DNA of 64,000 nucleotides from Nitrospinales bacterium (GTDB taxonomy: Bacteria > Nitrospinota > Nitrospinia > Nitrospinales > VA-1). The translations under genes were made by a program, and so were the position numbers. The notes beneath the pieces were generated by a model. The model was not told the DNA's origin, did not search any database, and worked only from the letters and a program-made list of their open reading frames with translations. The stretch is taken from the NCBI GenBank assembly GCA_965223345.1, contig CBDCWG010000012.1:3104001-3168000 (forward strand), in the 5' to 3' direction. This document shows positions 10,435-20,070 of this stretch, one piece after another; position 1 is the stretch's first letter; the number at the start of each line of letters is the position of its first letter.

Positions 10435-12405
10435 ATGCGTTTTTTAAACAATGTATCGATAAAACGGAAACTGACCTGGATCATCATGCTGACCAGTTGC
10501 ACGGCGCTGCTGATCGCCTGCCTGTCGTTCGCACTGTTCGAGATGGCGCAGTTCCGCTCGTCCATGATCCGCGAGATGTCCAGCGTCGCCGACATCATCG
10601 GCTCCAACAGCGCCGCGCCGCTGGAGTTCAGGGACCCGGACGCCGCCGGTGAAACGCTCGAAGCGTTGAGCGCGGACCCGCGCATCGTCGCCGCCGTGAT
10701 CTATTCGAAAAACCGGCAGATCTTCACGTCCTATCAGAGCGACTCCGCCGGGGATGTCGTTCTGCCCCAGACTCCGAGGGAGGACGGCGATTTTCTGGAA
10801 TCGGGGCACCTGTCGATTTTCCGGCCGATCATTTTCGACGGCAACCGGATCGGCACCATTTTCATCAAGTCCGACCTGCGCGATTTGAGAACCCGCCTCG
10901 AGCAGTACGGGATCATCATGGCGGGGGTGCTCCTGGCTTCGGTGCTGACGGCGTTTCTGCTCTCGTCCTCGCTGCAGAAACGGGTGTCTTTGCCGATCCT
11001 GCATCTGGCGGAAACGGCCAGCCAGGTCTCCAAGGAAAAGGACTACTCCATTCGCGTGGAAAAGGAAAGCCGGGACGAAGTCGGCCTGCTGTTCGACCGC
11101 TTCAACGAAATGTTCGCGCAGATTCAGGATCGGGACACCGCGCTGCAGAACGCGCACGACGAGCTGGAAGAACGGGTGATCGAACGGACGAAGGAACTCA
11201 ATCTCGCCAAGGACCAGGCGGAAAAAGCCAGCATGGCGAAATCCGAGTTTCTGTCGCGCATGAGCCACGAGCTGCGCACACCGATGAACGCCATCCTGGG
11301 ATTCGGCCAGCTGCTGAAGATCAATGGCGGCAAACCCCTGCCCGACCGGCAGGACAAGCGCATCCAGCAAATCCTCACGGCCGGCAAGCATCTGCTGGAG
11401 CTGATCAATGAGATTCTGGACCTTTCCCGCATCGAAGCCGGGAAGCTTTCCCTCTCGAAGGAAAACGTGGCCGTCGATACGGTGGTGAGCGAGGCGCTGT
11501 TGCTGATCCTGCCGCAGGCGCAAAAGAAGCGCATCCACATCGAAAACCGCATCGAGAAAATGGCAACCGGTCCGTTCGTCATCGCCGACAGGATCAAACT
11601 CAAGCAGGTGCTTCTCAACCTGATGTCCAACGCCGTCAAGTACAACCGCGACAACGGTTCCGTGACGATCGATTGTGAAAAGCTGCCGGAAGGCAAAGTC
11701 CGCATCCACGTCACCGACACCGGCAAAGGGCTTTCTGAACAAGACCAGCGCCACATCTTCGAGCCGTTCAACCGGCTGGATGCGGACCATTCGGAAGCCG
11801 AAGGAACGGGCATCGGCCTCAGCATCACCCAACGGCTGATGGAGCTCATGGACGGAAGCATCGAGGTGCGGAGCACGGTCGGTGAAGGCAGCACGTTCAG
11901 CATCGAACTGCCGGAAGGCGAGGAAGTCCAGGAAACGGACGAAAGCCTCCTGCAGGCCGGGCTGGCGCTGGACTCCGATCCGGAAAATGGACAGGACCCG
12001 GAGAAACGCTTCACCCTGCTTTATGTGGAGGACAACCCCGCGAACCTGGAAGTGGTGCGGGAGCTCCTCGAATTCCGCAAGGACCTGAAGCTTTTGACCA
12101 CATCGCAGGCGCATTCGGGCATCGAGCTTGCGCGGTCCCACCGGCCGCACCTGATTCTCCTGGATATCCACCTGCCCGAGCTCGACGGCCTGGGGATCCT
12201 GAAACGGCTCAAGGCGCGCGAAGAGACGCGCTCGATTCCCGTGATCGCGGTCAGCGCCAATGCGATGGAGTCCGACATTCAACGCGCGCTCTCGGTCGGT
12301 TTCGACGCGTACGTCACCAAACCGTTCGATCTGCAGGTTTTGATGAAAGAAATCGATCACATATTGAAAAACGACCCCCGGGTCGAAAGAACCAGTACCA
12401 CCTAA
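10435..12405 (+). CDS. hybrid sensor kinase (YfiN-like periplasmic sensor-HAMP-HisKA-HATPase-REC)
   Basis: Two TM helices, HAMP DEVG.L...FN.M, SHELRTPMN, NAVKYN, GTGIGL, REC YVEDN..LLDIHLP..KP. Confidence 0.93.
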   Translation: MRFLNNVSIKRKLTWIIMLTSCTALLIACLSFALFEMAQFRSSMIREMSSVADIIGSNSAAPLEFRDPDAAGETLEALSADPRIVAAVIYSKNRQIFTSYQSDSAGDVVLPQTPREDGDFLESGHLSIFRPIIFDGNRIGTIFIKSDLRDLRTRLEQYGIIMAGVLLASVLTAFLLSSSLQKRVSLPILHLAETASQVSKEKDYSIRVEKESRDEVGLLFDRFNEMFAQIQDRDTALQNAHDELEERVIERTKELNLAKDQAEKASMAKSEFLSRMSHELRTPMNAILGFGQLLKINGGKPLPDRQDKRIQQILTAGKHLLELINEILDLSRIEAGKLSLSKENVAVDTVVSEALLLILPQAQKKRIHIENRIEKMATGPFVIADRIKLKQVLLNLMSNAVKYNRDNGSVTIDCEKLPEGKVRIHVTDTGKGLSEQDQRHIFEPFNRLDADHSEAEGTGIGLSITQRLMELMDGSIEVRSTVGEGSTFSIELPEGEEVQETDESLLQAGLALDSDPENGQDPEKRFTLLYVEDNPANLEVVRELLEFRKDLKLLTTSQAHSGIELARSHRPHLILLDIHLPELDGLGILKRLKAREETRSIPVIAVSANAMESDIQRALSVGFDAYVTKPFDLQVLMKEIDHILKNDPRVERTSTT

Positions 12406-12420
12406 TAATTGAGGATTGCC

Positions 12421-12972
12421 ATGATTAAAGAAGAACAGCTGTTGAATTCCAAAATTCTGATCATCGACGATGAAACCGCCAACGTCTGCCTGCTCGAAGA
12501 CCTGCTCGGAGAAAGGGGATACAAGAATCTGAAAATCGTGACGGATTCCAGGCTGGCGTTCGAAACCTACAAACAGTTCAAGCCGGACCTGATCCTGCTC
12601 GACCTGAATATGCCGCATGTGGACGGCATGACGCTGCTGAAGCAGTTCAACAATGTCGAAAAGGACAACTACGCCCCTGTCATGATTTTGACGGCACAGA
12701 GCGACAACGAAATCCGCTTCGAGGCTCTGGAAGCGGGCGCCAAAGACTTTCTCAGCAAGCCCTTCGACCTGTTTGAAGTCATATTGAGGATCAAAAACAT
12801 GCTGGAAGTGCGTTTGCTGGTGAACCAGCTGAGCAAATACAACGCCATTCTCGAGGAAAAAATCCAGGACCGCAATCTCGACCTCGCGGAATCCCAGTCG
12901 CGGCTGGAACACGAGATTGCAGAACGGGAAAAAGTAATGCGGCAGCTCAAGCGCAGTTCGGAAAGGGCGTGA
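12421..12972 (+). CDS. response regulator (REC + coiled coil, no output domain)
   Basis: IIDDE, LLDLNMP, LTA and SKPF motifs; GAGG SD before ATG 12421. Confidence 0.88.
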   Translation: MIKEEQLLNSKILIIDDETANVCLLEDLLGERGYKNLKIVTDSRLAFETYKQFKPDLILLDLNMPHVDGMTLLKQFNNVEKDNYAPVMILTAQSDNEIRFEALEAGAKDFLSKPFDLFEVILRIKNMLEVRLLVNQLSKYNAILEEKIQDRNLDLAESQSRLEHEIAEREKVMRQLKRSSERA

Positions 12973-13331
12973 GTTTTTTCCATTCACACTAAAATTTATT
13001 AAAATCATACTTAAAGAAAGGGGTTTTTCGATGCGGTCATTTGTATGACTGTAATGTCAAATTATTGCCGACAACACATATCATCTTCCATTTACACGAC
13101 TTCTTCCGCTGCCATTCGCGCTCTCACCGCTTTCGTTGTTGTGAAATAAAAATCGTTTCAAATCCCTCTCTTAGTGCGAGAAAAGACTTTACATCCTGAT
13201 ATCGATTAGGATATAAAAGCCAAATCGCTCGCAAACTATTACTAAAAAATCAGTGATTTATAAGCATAAAAATGAAGTGCTTTTTTAACTCTCGCGCCTG
13301 AATACGTGAATCACGAAACGGAAATCGAGCC

Positions 13332-14051
13332 ATGAACAATCCTCTATTCTATTCACCGGTTGCCAAGCGGCCGAGTGTTGCCGCCAAGACAGGTGTGTGT
13401 GAAAAAGGGGACCGCAATTATGAAGCTGTGTCCAAAATGGCGCGAAAAACATTTCTCAAGACTTTGGGATTCCCCACCCCCGCTCCGGAAAACTGCAAGT
13501 TCGTGTATGTCCAGGTGATGCCCAAAATCGATGTCGAGAAATCCGAGTCCAGCCGACGGCACAATGAAATCATCGCGGGGCTGGGCGTCACCGAACTCGC
13601 CGCCATTCCCAGAGGGAAAAGTTTCGCCGAACGGTGTATTTCCGAAAAGCTGTTCGACAACCTCAAAAACCGGTTCGGAGAAAAAGTAGACCGGAACAAA
13701 TGCGGTTACATAGGCAGCCTGTTCATCAACAAGAACTACAAGGAAAAAGACCTGATCTTTCTTTTGCTCCTGGCGGAATTGATGAAAACCGGCACCGCAC
13801 ACGGTCTGGAATACGGTCTGTGCATCCCCACCAAGGTGATTTTAAAAAGGCTCGACGACTTGCAGATCCCCTATCTGCGATTGGGCAAAATCGACCACAT
13901 CAACGGAAACGGTGAACAGTTCGACCTTTCGGAAAAATACAAAAGCGGTTTGAACCGCTGGCTGAACCTGAAGCCGGAACTGCTGCTGATCGGCAAATCG
14001 GATGTGGACAAACGGAATGTCAAAAACCAGCTGGATGTTTTCAAGATCTGA
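13332..14051 (+). CDS. hypothetical protein, probably thermostable-hemolysin-like GNAT fold
   Basis: Pattern IIAGLG...F.E.......L......V.R....IGSL......GLEY....T......L..L.IP resembles that family; assigned by eye. Confidence 0.5.
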   Translation: MNNPLFYSPVAKRPSVAAKTGVCEKGDRNYEAVSKMARKTFLKTLGFPTPAPENCKFVYVQVMPKIDVEKSESSRRHNEIIAGLGVTELAAIPRGKSFAERCISEKLFDNLKNRFGEKVDRNKCGYIGSLFINKNYKEKDLIFLLLLAELMKTGTAHGLEYGLCIPTKVILKRLDDLQIPYLRLGKIDHINGNGEQFDLSEKYKSGLNRWLNLKPELLLIGKSDVDKRNVKNQLDVFKI

Positions 14052-14109
14052 CGGATGAGCCGCCCCTTGAAAAACGCAGGCTGATACGTATTGAGAAGGA
14101 GATCCCTGG

Positions 14110-14823
14110 ATGGAAACCTTTAGACTGTTGAAAGACGAATTCGACCTTGCTGCGAAGGATTTTTTGCAAAGCCCCCCGCTTATACGGGTGTTTCAGGAAG
14201 ACATCACACTGGAGCATTACAAATCCCTGCTGAGGCAGTTGTTCCACCAGGTGAGGGACAACCCCCAGGTCATGATACTGGCCTCCGTCTATTTCAAGGG
14301 CGACCAGCGCGAGGTCGTGAAAAGCCTGTGCAAGCATGCGGTTTCGGAGATGGGGCACGACGAGCTGGCGCGCAACGACCTGCGGATGCTGGGCGACGAT
14401 GTGGAAACTCTGCCTTATGAAAATCCGCTTCCTTCCACGATGGCGCTTTTGAGCTTCGCCTTCTACCAGGTCACCAACCTGAATGCGGTCGGGCTGTTGG
14501 GATACGTGTTTTTCCTGGAATTTCTCGCGACCGCGCAGGGCGGCGTTTTTGTGGAAAAACTGAGCAAGCTGGGCATCCCCAAACCGGCGATGTCTTTCAT
14601 CATGGACCACACCGAATTCGATGTCGCCCACAACCGGCTGATGGAAGAATACGTGGACAAACTGGTGGTATCCGAGGAGGAGTTCGATTCCGTCGTCTAC
14701 TCGATGAAAGTAACCGCCGATCTCTACGCGAAGATGATCCAGGGCGCGTTCGACCAGGTGGATAACCCCAAAGACTGGGGCCTGTCGAGCGTGGAGCGCA
14801 AATTTGCGGGCAAGGGCGTGTGA
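14110..14823 (+). CDS. heme-oxygenase-like (PqqC/CADD/TenA fold) iron-containing redox enzyme
   Basis: Putative diiron ligands SEMGH, FLE, HTEFDVAH; SD AAGGAG. Confidence 0.8.
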   Translation: METFRLLKDEFDLAAKDFLQSPPLIRVFQEDITLEHYKSLLRQLFHQVRDNPQVMILASVYFKGDQREVVKSLCKHAVSEMGHDELARNDLRMLGDDVETLPYENPLPSTMALLSFAFYQVTNLNAVGLLGYVFFLEFLATAQGGVFVEKLSKLGIPKPAMSFIMDHTEFDVAHNRLMEEYVDKLVVSEEEFDSVVYSMKVTADLYAKMIQGAFDQVDNPKDWGLSSVERKFAGKGV

Positions 14824-15341
14824 GCCCTTCTCCCGCCGCTATAGGGCGCAGCGCCCTATTCCTCGGCTCATCGCCTCTTCTGAGCGCTCCTGTGTGACCC
14901 CGCAGAAGCCACGCCACGGGCCCGATCCGACCCCCAACGGGGGGCCGACACCACCCCGGAAATCCCGTTTTCAGCCGATTCCTCCCCGGCATTTTCCCAG
15001 CAAACTCGTACCCCTATACCGGTATTTTTAACCGGCCCGGTTCCCGCATCCGAACCGGCAAATTACCCCAGTCCGGGTACTTTTTTTGCCCGTTTGAATG
15101 CGGTTCGCTGGCATCTCTCCCAGGCCCGGGCAGCCGCGCGGCCCGCGAAAAAGCCTGAAAAACCGCCTGTTTTGGCCTGTGCGCCAGGACTTGAGCGAAG
15201 CGTCTTGAGAATGAGACGGCGCTTGTTGGAGTTTCATAAAATTACCCCTAAACTTTCTATCTTCATCTGACGATTAGCGAGATTCTTTGAGTTAAATTAT
15301 CGGACTTGCTATACTTGTAAACACACCCGACACTATTTCCC

Positions 15342-17519
15342 ATGCACACAAATCCGGATCTTATGGACAACGCGCAAAAGGTCAACTGCCTCAAATCGGT
15401 CGAATTCATCAAGTCCCTGCCACCGGAGAAAATCCGGCATCTGGCATCGGACTGCGGTGAGATCATCGTCCCTGCGGACAATGTGATCTTTCGCGATGAA
15501 GATCCGGGCGAATCGATGTTCATCGTCCTCACCGGGGCCGTGGAGCTGATCAAGAACAATCAGGTCATCGCCACCCTGGGGCCGGGTGAATTCATCGGAG
15601 AAACGGCGCTGATCCAGTCCGAGCCGCGCTCGGCGACGGCCAAGTCCGTATCCCGCTGCCACCTTTTGGAAATAGACCGGGAACAGTTTCTCCGGCATCT
15701 GGGCTGCGACTCCAAAGCGCTGTTCGCGTTCATGCGCTCGTTGACCAAGCGCAACATGAACGCCCTGCACGATATGAAGCAGAGGCTGCGGCTTTTGCAG
15801 AACCAGGAAAAGCTCAATCAGACGTTCCACCGCATTCTCGAGGATTCCTCCGAGGAAATCTACATCGTCGATTCGCTTTCCTTCAGCTTCCTGCAGACCA
15901 ACTCGCGGGCGTGCCGCAATCTGGGGTATTCGCTGAACGAGCTGAAGAACCGGACCCTGCTGGATGTGGTTCCGGACCTGTCGCCGGATGAAATCCACCG
16001 CATCACCGACCTGCTGATCAATGAGATCAAGACTGTCGAAGTGGTGCAGGGCTCCTGCCGCAGAAAAGACGGCAGCACGTATCCCATGGAAATCCGCCTG
16101 CAGCTCATGAAATCGGGCTGCGTTCCGCTGCTGGTCGCACGCGTGAAGGACCTCACCGAGCGGCAGGAGATGGAATCCAAGATCAAGGACATCACGTTTC
16201 TCGATCCTTTGACCGGGCTGCCCAACCGCAAACTGTTCCTCGAACGCCTGGAACTCGCGCTCGCCGAGAGCAAGGACAGCGACGAAGAAATCCGCGTCCT
16301 GTTTCTCGATCTCGACAATTTCAAGACCGTCAACGATTCGCTGAGCCGCGAGACCGGCGATGCGCTGCTTCAGGAAGTCTCGAAATTACTGAAACGCAGC
16401 ATCGGCAAGGACGATCTGGTGGCGCGCGCCGGTGAGGACGAGTTTCTCATCATGCTGCGGGGCCTGACTCTGGAAGACGACGCGGCGCTGGTGGCGCAGA
16501 ACCTGGTGGACGATTTCAAAACCCCCGTGCTGGTCGGCGGGCAGGAGATCAACACGTCCGTCAGCATCGGCATCTCCAACTACCCGGCCCCCGGCAAAAC
16601 CGGGCAGGAGCTGCTCATGCAGGCGGAGACCGCCCTGTATTCCGCGAAAGAGAAGGGAAAAAACACCTACCTGCACTTCAGCCCGTCGATTCTGTCGCAG
16701 GCCACCAAATACATGGACATCGAGCGCGGCCTGATCAAGGCGCTGGAAAGGGAAGAACTGGAGCTTTACTATCAGCCCTCGGTGAATCTGGAAACCGGTG
16801 CGATCGTGGGGGTGGAAGCGCTGTTGCAGTGGCGGCACCCGGAAAAAGGCATGATGCCTCCGGGAGAGTTCATTTCCGTGGCGGAGAAGAGCAAACTGAT
16901 CCTGCCGATCGGGGAATGGGTCCTGAAAACCGCCTGCAGGCAGTTCAAGAGCTGGGAAGAGATGGGCGTTTCGCCGGACTACGTCGCCGTCAATTACTCC
17001 GGCATCCAGTTCAAGGAGAAAGACTCGGTCGCGGAAATCTCCAGCATCCTGCAGGAGACGAACCTCGATCCGCAGCACCTGGAACTTGAGATCACCGAAT
17101 CGATCCTGATGGAAAACACCAGTGCGGCGATTTCGACCCTGTTTGAATTGAGCGAGCTCGGCATCCAGCTCGCCATCGACGATTTCGGCACCGGCTTTTC
17201 CTCGCTCACGTACCTGGCTCAGCTGCCGGTGGACACGTTGAAAATCGACCGCTCGTTTGTGATCTATCTGCCGGAAACCACCAGCTCGGCCATCGCCAGC
17301 ACCATCGTGTCCCTGGGCAAAGTGCTGGGGATGAAAGTCGTCGCCGAAGGCGTGGAAACCGGCGCGCAAAAGGAATTCCTGCGCTCGATCCGCTGCGACT
17401 GCATGCAGGGCTTCCTGTACAGCAAACCGCTCTCCGCAAAAGAAATCACGAAGCTGCTGCAAGAGAAAAACCCGGCGGCCCCCGTGGCCGTGGAATCTCC
17501 CCAACCGATCGCCTCCTGA
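15342..17519 (+). CDS. cNMP-binding-PAS-GGDEF(degenerate)-EAL protein
   Basis: CNB GE.AL....RSATA; PAS RKDGSTYP; DPLTGLPNR; GEDEF; EAL, ELEITES, DDFGTG, KIDRSF, AEGVE, QGF. Confidence 0.93.
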   Translation: MHTNPDLMDNAQKVNCLKSVEFIKSLPPEKIRHLASDCGEIIVPADNVIFRDEDPGESMFIVLTGAVELIKNNQVIATLGPGEFIGETALIQSEPRSATAKSVSRCHLLEIDREQFLRHLGCDSKALFAFMRSLTKRNMNALHDMKQRLRLLQNQEKLNQTFHRILEDSSEEIYIVDSLSFSFLQTNSRACRNLGYSLNELKNRTLLDVVPDLSPDEIHRITDLLINEIKTVEVVQGSCRRKDGSTYPMEIRLQLMKSGCVPLLVARVKDLTERQEMESKIKDITFLDPLTGLPNRKLFLERLELALAESKDSDEEIRVLFLDLDNFKTVNDSLSRETGDALLQEVSKLLKRSIGKDDLVARAGEDEFLIMLRGLTLEDDAALVAQNLVDDFKTPVLVGGQEINTSVSIGISNYPAPGKTGQELLMQAETALYSAKEKGKNTYLHFSPSILSQATKYMDIERGLIKALEREELELYYQPSVNLETGAIVGVEALLQWRHPEKGMMPPGEFISVAEKSKLILPIGEWVLKTACRQFKSWEEMGVSPDYVAVNYSGIQFKEKDSVAEISSILQETNLDPQHLELEITESILMENTSAAISTLFELSELGIQLAIDDFGTGFSSLTYLAQLPVDTLKIDRSFVIYLPETTSSAIASTIVSLGKVLGMKVVAEGVETGAQKEFLRSIRCDCMQGFLYSKPLSAKEITKLLQEKNPAAPVAVESPQPIAS

Positions 17520-17543
17520 CCGCACTCGACACGACTCAAAAGG

Positions 17544-17579
17544 AAAGCGGCCCCCGGATATCCGGGAGCCGCTTTTTTT
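17544..17579 (+). terminator. intrinsic terminator, probably bidirectional
   Basis: AAAGCGGCCCCCGG-ATAT-CCGGGAGCCGCTTTTTTT between convergent genes. Confidence 0.8.
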
Positions 17580-17590
17580 AATACACGCGA

Positions 17591-17896
17591 TCACGATTTC
17601 GGAGTTTGTGTCCGATCCTTGCTGTGGTCGTACGTTTTGGTCTCGTTGATAAAATCAAAGGACGGTGCTTTGCCTTCCATTTCTCCCTTGTCCACCGTTC
17701 GGGTCGGAACCGGCTGCGGTCCCTTGCGCTCGGAATCCATCGTGTTCCACTTGTCGTGAATCCGCTCGCCCTTTTCATCGCTCCAGTTGGACCAGACCGC
17801 GTGCCGCTCCGCAGAGCTCGGCTGATTCGCAAACGAGCTTGCTGCGCCAACAAAAAGAAACGAAAGTACGATCAAACATGCAAATAGCTTATTCAT
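17591..17896 (-). CDS. small secreted hypothetical protein
   Basis: GAGG SD before MNKLF; signal peptide ending SFA. Confidence 0.65.
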   Translation of the reverse strand: MNKLFACLIVLSFLFVGAASSFANQPSSAERHAVWSNWSDEKGERIHDKWNTMDSERKGPQPVPTRTVDKGEMEGKAPSFDFINETKTYDHSKDRTQTPKS

Positions 17897-18139
17897 CTTT
17901 AACCTCGCTGGTTGAATGGGTTTCATGATTTGGACACAACTCGGACTTTTAAGCGGAGTGGCACACTCCGACACTCAACGCTCTCCATGTTGAGCCACCT
18001 GTTGTGAGGGATTCCTAGCTGCCGCGTATCAGAAGGAGATCGGAGCGCAGGGGCCCCGGATTGCAAGAGCGTGAACGTACCGTTTTCAGCGTATGCAGGA
18101 AAGACTCACCCTTTCCATTGCAAGAAAGGAGGGCCACTT

Positions 18140-18217
18140 ATGGATCCAACAACACAGCCTCCCCTTCTAAAAGAGCTGAGAGAATCGGGATGGATCCCGG
18201 CCTTGCAACGCATGTGA
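18140..18217 (+). CDS. possible 25-aa microprotein MDPTTQPPLLKELRESGWIPALQRM
   Basis: Perfect AAGGAGG SD in an intergenic gap; no other support. Confidence 0.3.
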   Translation: MDPTTQPPLLKELRESGWIPALQRM

Positions 18218-18456
18218 AAAGCCCGCAACCCATCGTGTGTCACTCATAAAAAATATGAGATCGGTTTTTTTTGCCGTCAAGATTGCGGGGAATTAAATAT
18301 CTTTAATTAAAAACCAGAGACTTACGGAGAGGTGGATGGAGCGGGGATGAACTTCACGGGATGGGCTTATTGCCCGGCCGCAGTGGGTTTTCAGCCGGTC
18401 ATGGAATTTTTGTGTGCAGGTTGAAAGGCCGGCTTGCAGACAAAAACCAACGCTTT

Positions 18457-19308
18457 CTAGCCTTCCCCGGCTTGAATGGAGATCGCGTAGCTCAGCTTCG
18501 ATTCCGCTCCGGTGCCGCGCAATTTTCCGTTCGTCGGTGCGGCGAGGACCGGGTGAACCCCGGATGCCAGTGCGATGTGGCGGTCTGAAACAGCCAGTCC
18601 GTGGGTCGGGTCGAATCCGCGCCACCCGCCCCCCGGCAGATACACTTCCGCCCATCCGTGCAGTTCCGGTTTGGCCGTCTCATCCTTCAGGAAGAAATAG
18701 CCGCTGGTGAAGCGGCTGGCCAGCCCCACCGCCCGGCAGACATCCATGAACAAAACGGACAAATCGCGGCAGGCGCCTTTCTTTTCTTTGAGAACCTGTT
18801 GCGGTGGCATCGGCTCCCCCTTTTCCCGGAATTCCACCTGCACGCTCTGATGGATCGTTTCCGCAAGCTTCTTGGGAAAGGCCAGTGTGTCGCGGCCGGA
18901 CTCCTTCAACACGCTTTCCGCAAAGTCCTTCACCACGGCGGGCGTTTCGGTGCGCGCCCGATAAACCTGCAAGGCGTCCAACTGGGAATCGGGATACGTG
19001 AACGGCAGGCTGTCGAATTCCTTGCCGGGCAGAATGAAATCGTAGGGATTGCTTTTCAGCGTCTCGACCTTTGAGGAGGCGGTGATGGACAACGTCGCGG
19101 TCGTCCCCTGAAACCACAGGATATCCGCCGCCGTCCCGTCGAGGTCCATGACTTTCGTTGCGCCTTGCGGATCGGGATGCACTGTCATCTCAAAATCGAG
19201 AAGACACTGCCAGGCGTCGGTGCGGGGACACAGGCGGACCGTGTGCGGCTCCAGAAACACCGGACGGGAATAGGAAAATTCCAGTTTATGTTCGATTGCA
19301 AACCGCAT
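18457..19308 (-). CDS. transglutaminase-like protein (Bact_transglu_N + TGase core)
   Basis: N-terminal H...Y..PV.....RL.PR; catalytic GACRD, HGWAEVY, FDPT. Confidence 0.92.
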   Translation of the reverse strand: MRFAIEHKLEFSYSRPVFLEPHTVRLCPRTDAWQCLLDFEMTVHPDPQGATKVMDLDGTAADILWFQGTTATLSITASSKVETLKSNPYDFILPGKEFDSLPFTYPDSQLDALQVYRARTETPAVVKDFAESVLKESGRDTLAFPKKLAETIHQSVQVEFREKGEPMPPQQVLKEKKGACRDLSVLFMDVCRAVGLASRFTSGYFFLKDETAKPELHGWAEVYLPGGGWRGFDPTHGLAVSDRHIALASGVHPVLAAPTNGKLRGTGAESKLSYAISIQAGEG

Positions 19309-19326
19309 GCGGTGGGATGGTTGATG

Positions 19327-20049
19327 TCAGGATTTTCCGAACACGCCGTCGATCCAGTCTCCGGGCAGTTCATCGAGCGAATGGCGAACGCGATTGTGCC
19401 ACCATTCCGAGACGTTTAACAAGTCTTCCTTTTCGTACTCATGCAGGATCATCTGATGCGAGTCTTTCCTGTAAAACACCACATCGATCGGGAAATCCAC
19501 ATTGCTCGCACAGCGCCGTGTGGCGTCGAACGCGAGAAACGCCGCCTTCGCCGCCATCACCATGCTGGAATCGTATGTCAGCACCAGGTCCAGCATGGGT
19601 TTGCCGTACCCCGACTCGCCGATGATCTGATACGGCGTTTCGGGGGTGACCTCCACCCAGTTGGCCTGTGGATAGATCAGATACAGCCTGTGCTCCTCAT
19701 CCTCCTCAAGCTGCCCGCCCACGATCGAATGCAAATCGAACACCAGTCCGCTCTCTGAAAGCGCTTCCTTGTCTTCCACGGCGACCTTGCGTATCTGTTC
19801 CGACAGCCGGTTCACGGCCTTGTAGGCCTTGGTCAGGGGAGCCGCGGAGGTGTCCACGTGCTCATCGAAGTAAGTGATGGCTTTGTCGCGCACGGATCGC
19901 AGCCCGGATGTCATGAGGAACAGGGAATGGTCGCCCTGCTTGTGCAGGGAAACCTTGCGCGCCGTCGCCACTTCCGATCCCGTCGTGAGGCGGCTGTCTG
20001 AAAGGGCGACCAGGCCCCCCTCCACTTTAATCGCGATACAGAATGTCAT
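19327..20049 (-). CDS. Anbu proteasome-type NTN hydrolase
   Basis: N-terminal (M)TFC, SDSR, GGQ, LYLIYP, IGESGYGKP; alpha-E/ATP-grasp context. Confidence 0.88.
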   Translation of the reverse strand: MTFCIAIKVEGGLVALSDSRLTTGSEVATARKVSLHKQGDHSLFLMTSGLRSVRDKAITYFDEHVDTSAAPLTKAYKAVNRLSEQIRKVAVEDKEALSESGLVFDLHSIVGGQLEEDEEHRLYLIYPQANWVEVTPETPYQIIGESGYGKPMLDLVLTYDSSMVMAAKAAFLAFDATRRCASNVDFPIDVVFYRKDSHQMILHEYEKEDLLNVSEWWHNRVRHSLDELPGDWIDGVFGKS

Positions 20050-20070
20050 CGAAATACTCTCTACAGTTGT

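Noticed and set aside
10444..13008. Long antisense ORFs (854 aa here; also 36021-37694, 44833-46653, 46745-49075, 62316-63935)
   Set aside because: Shadow frames opposite well-supported GC3-rich genes, with no motifs of their own.
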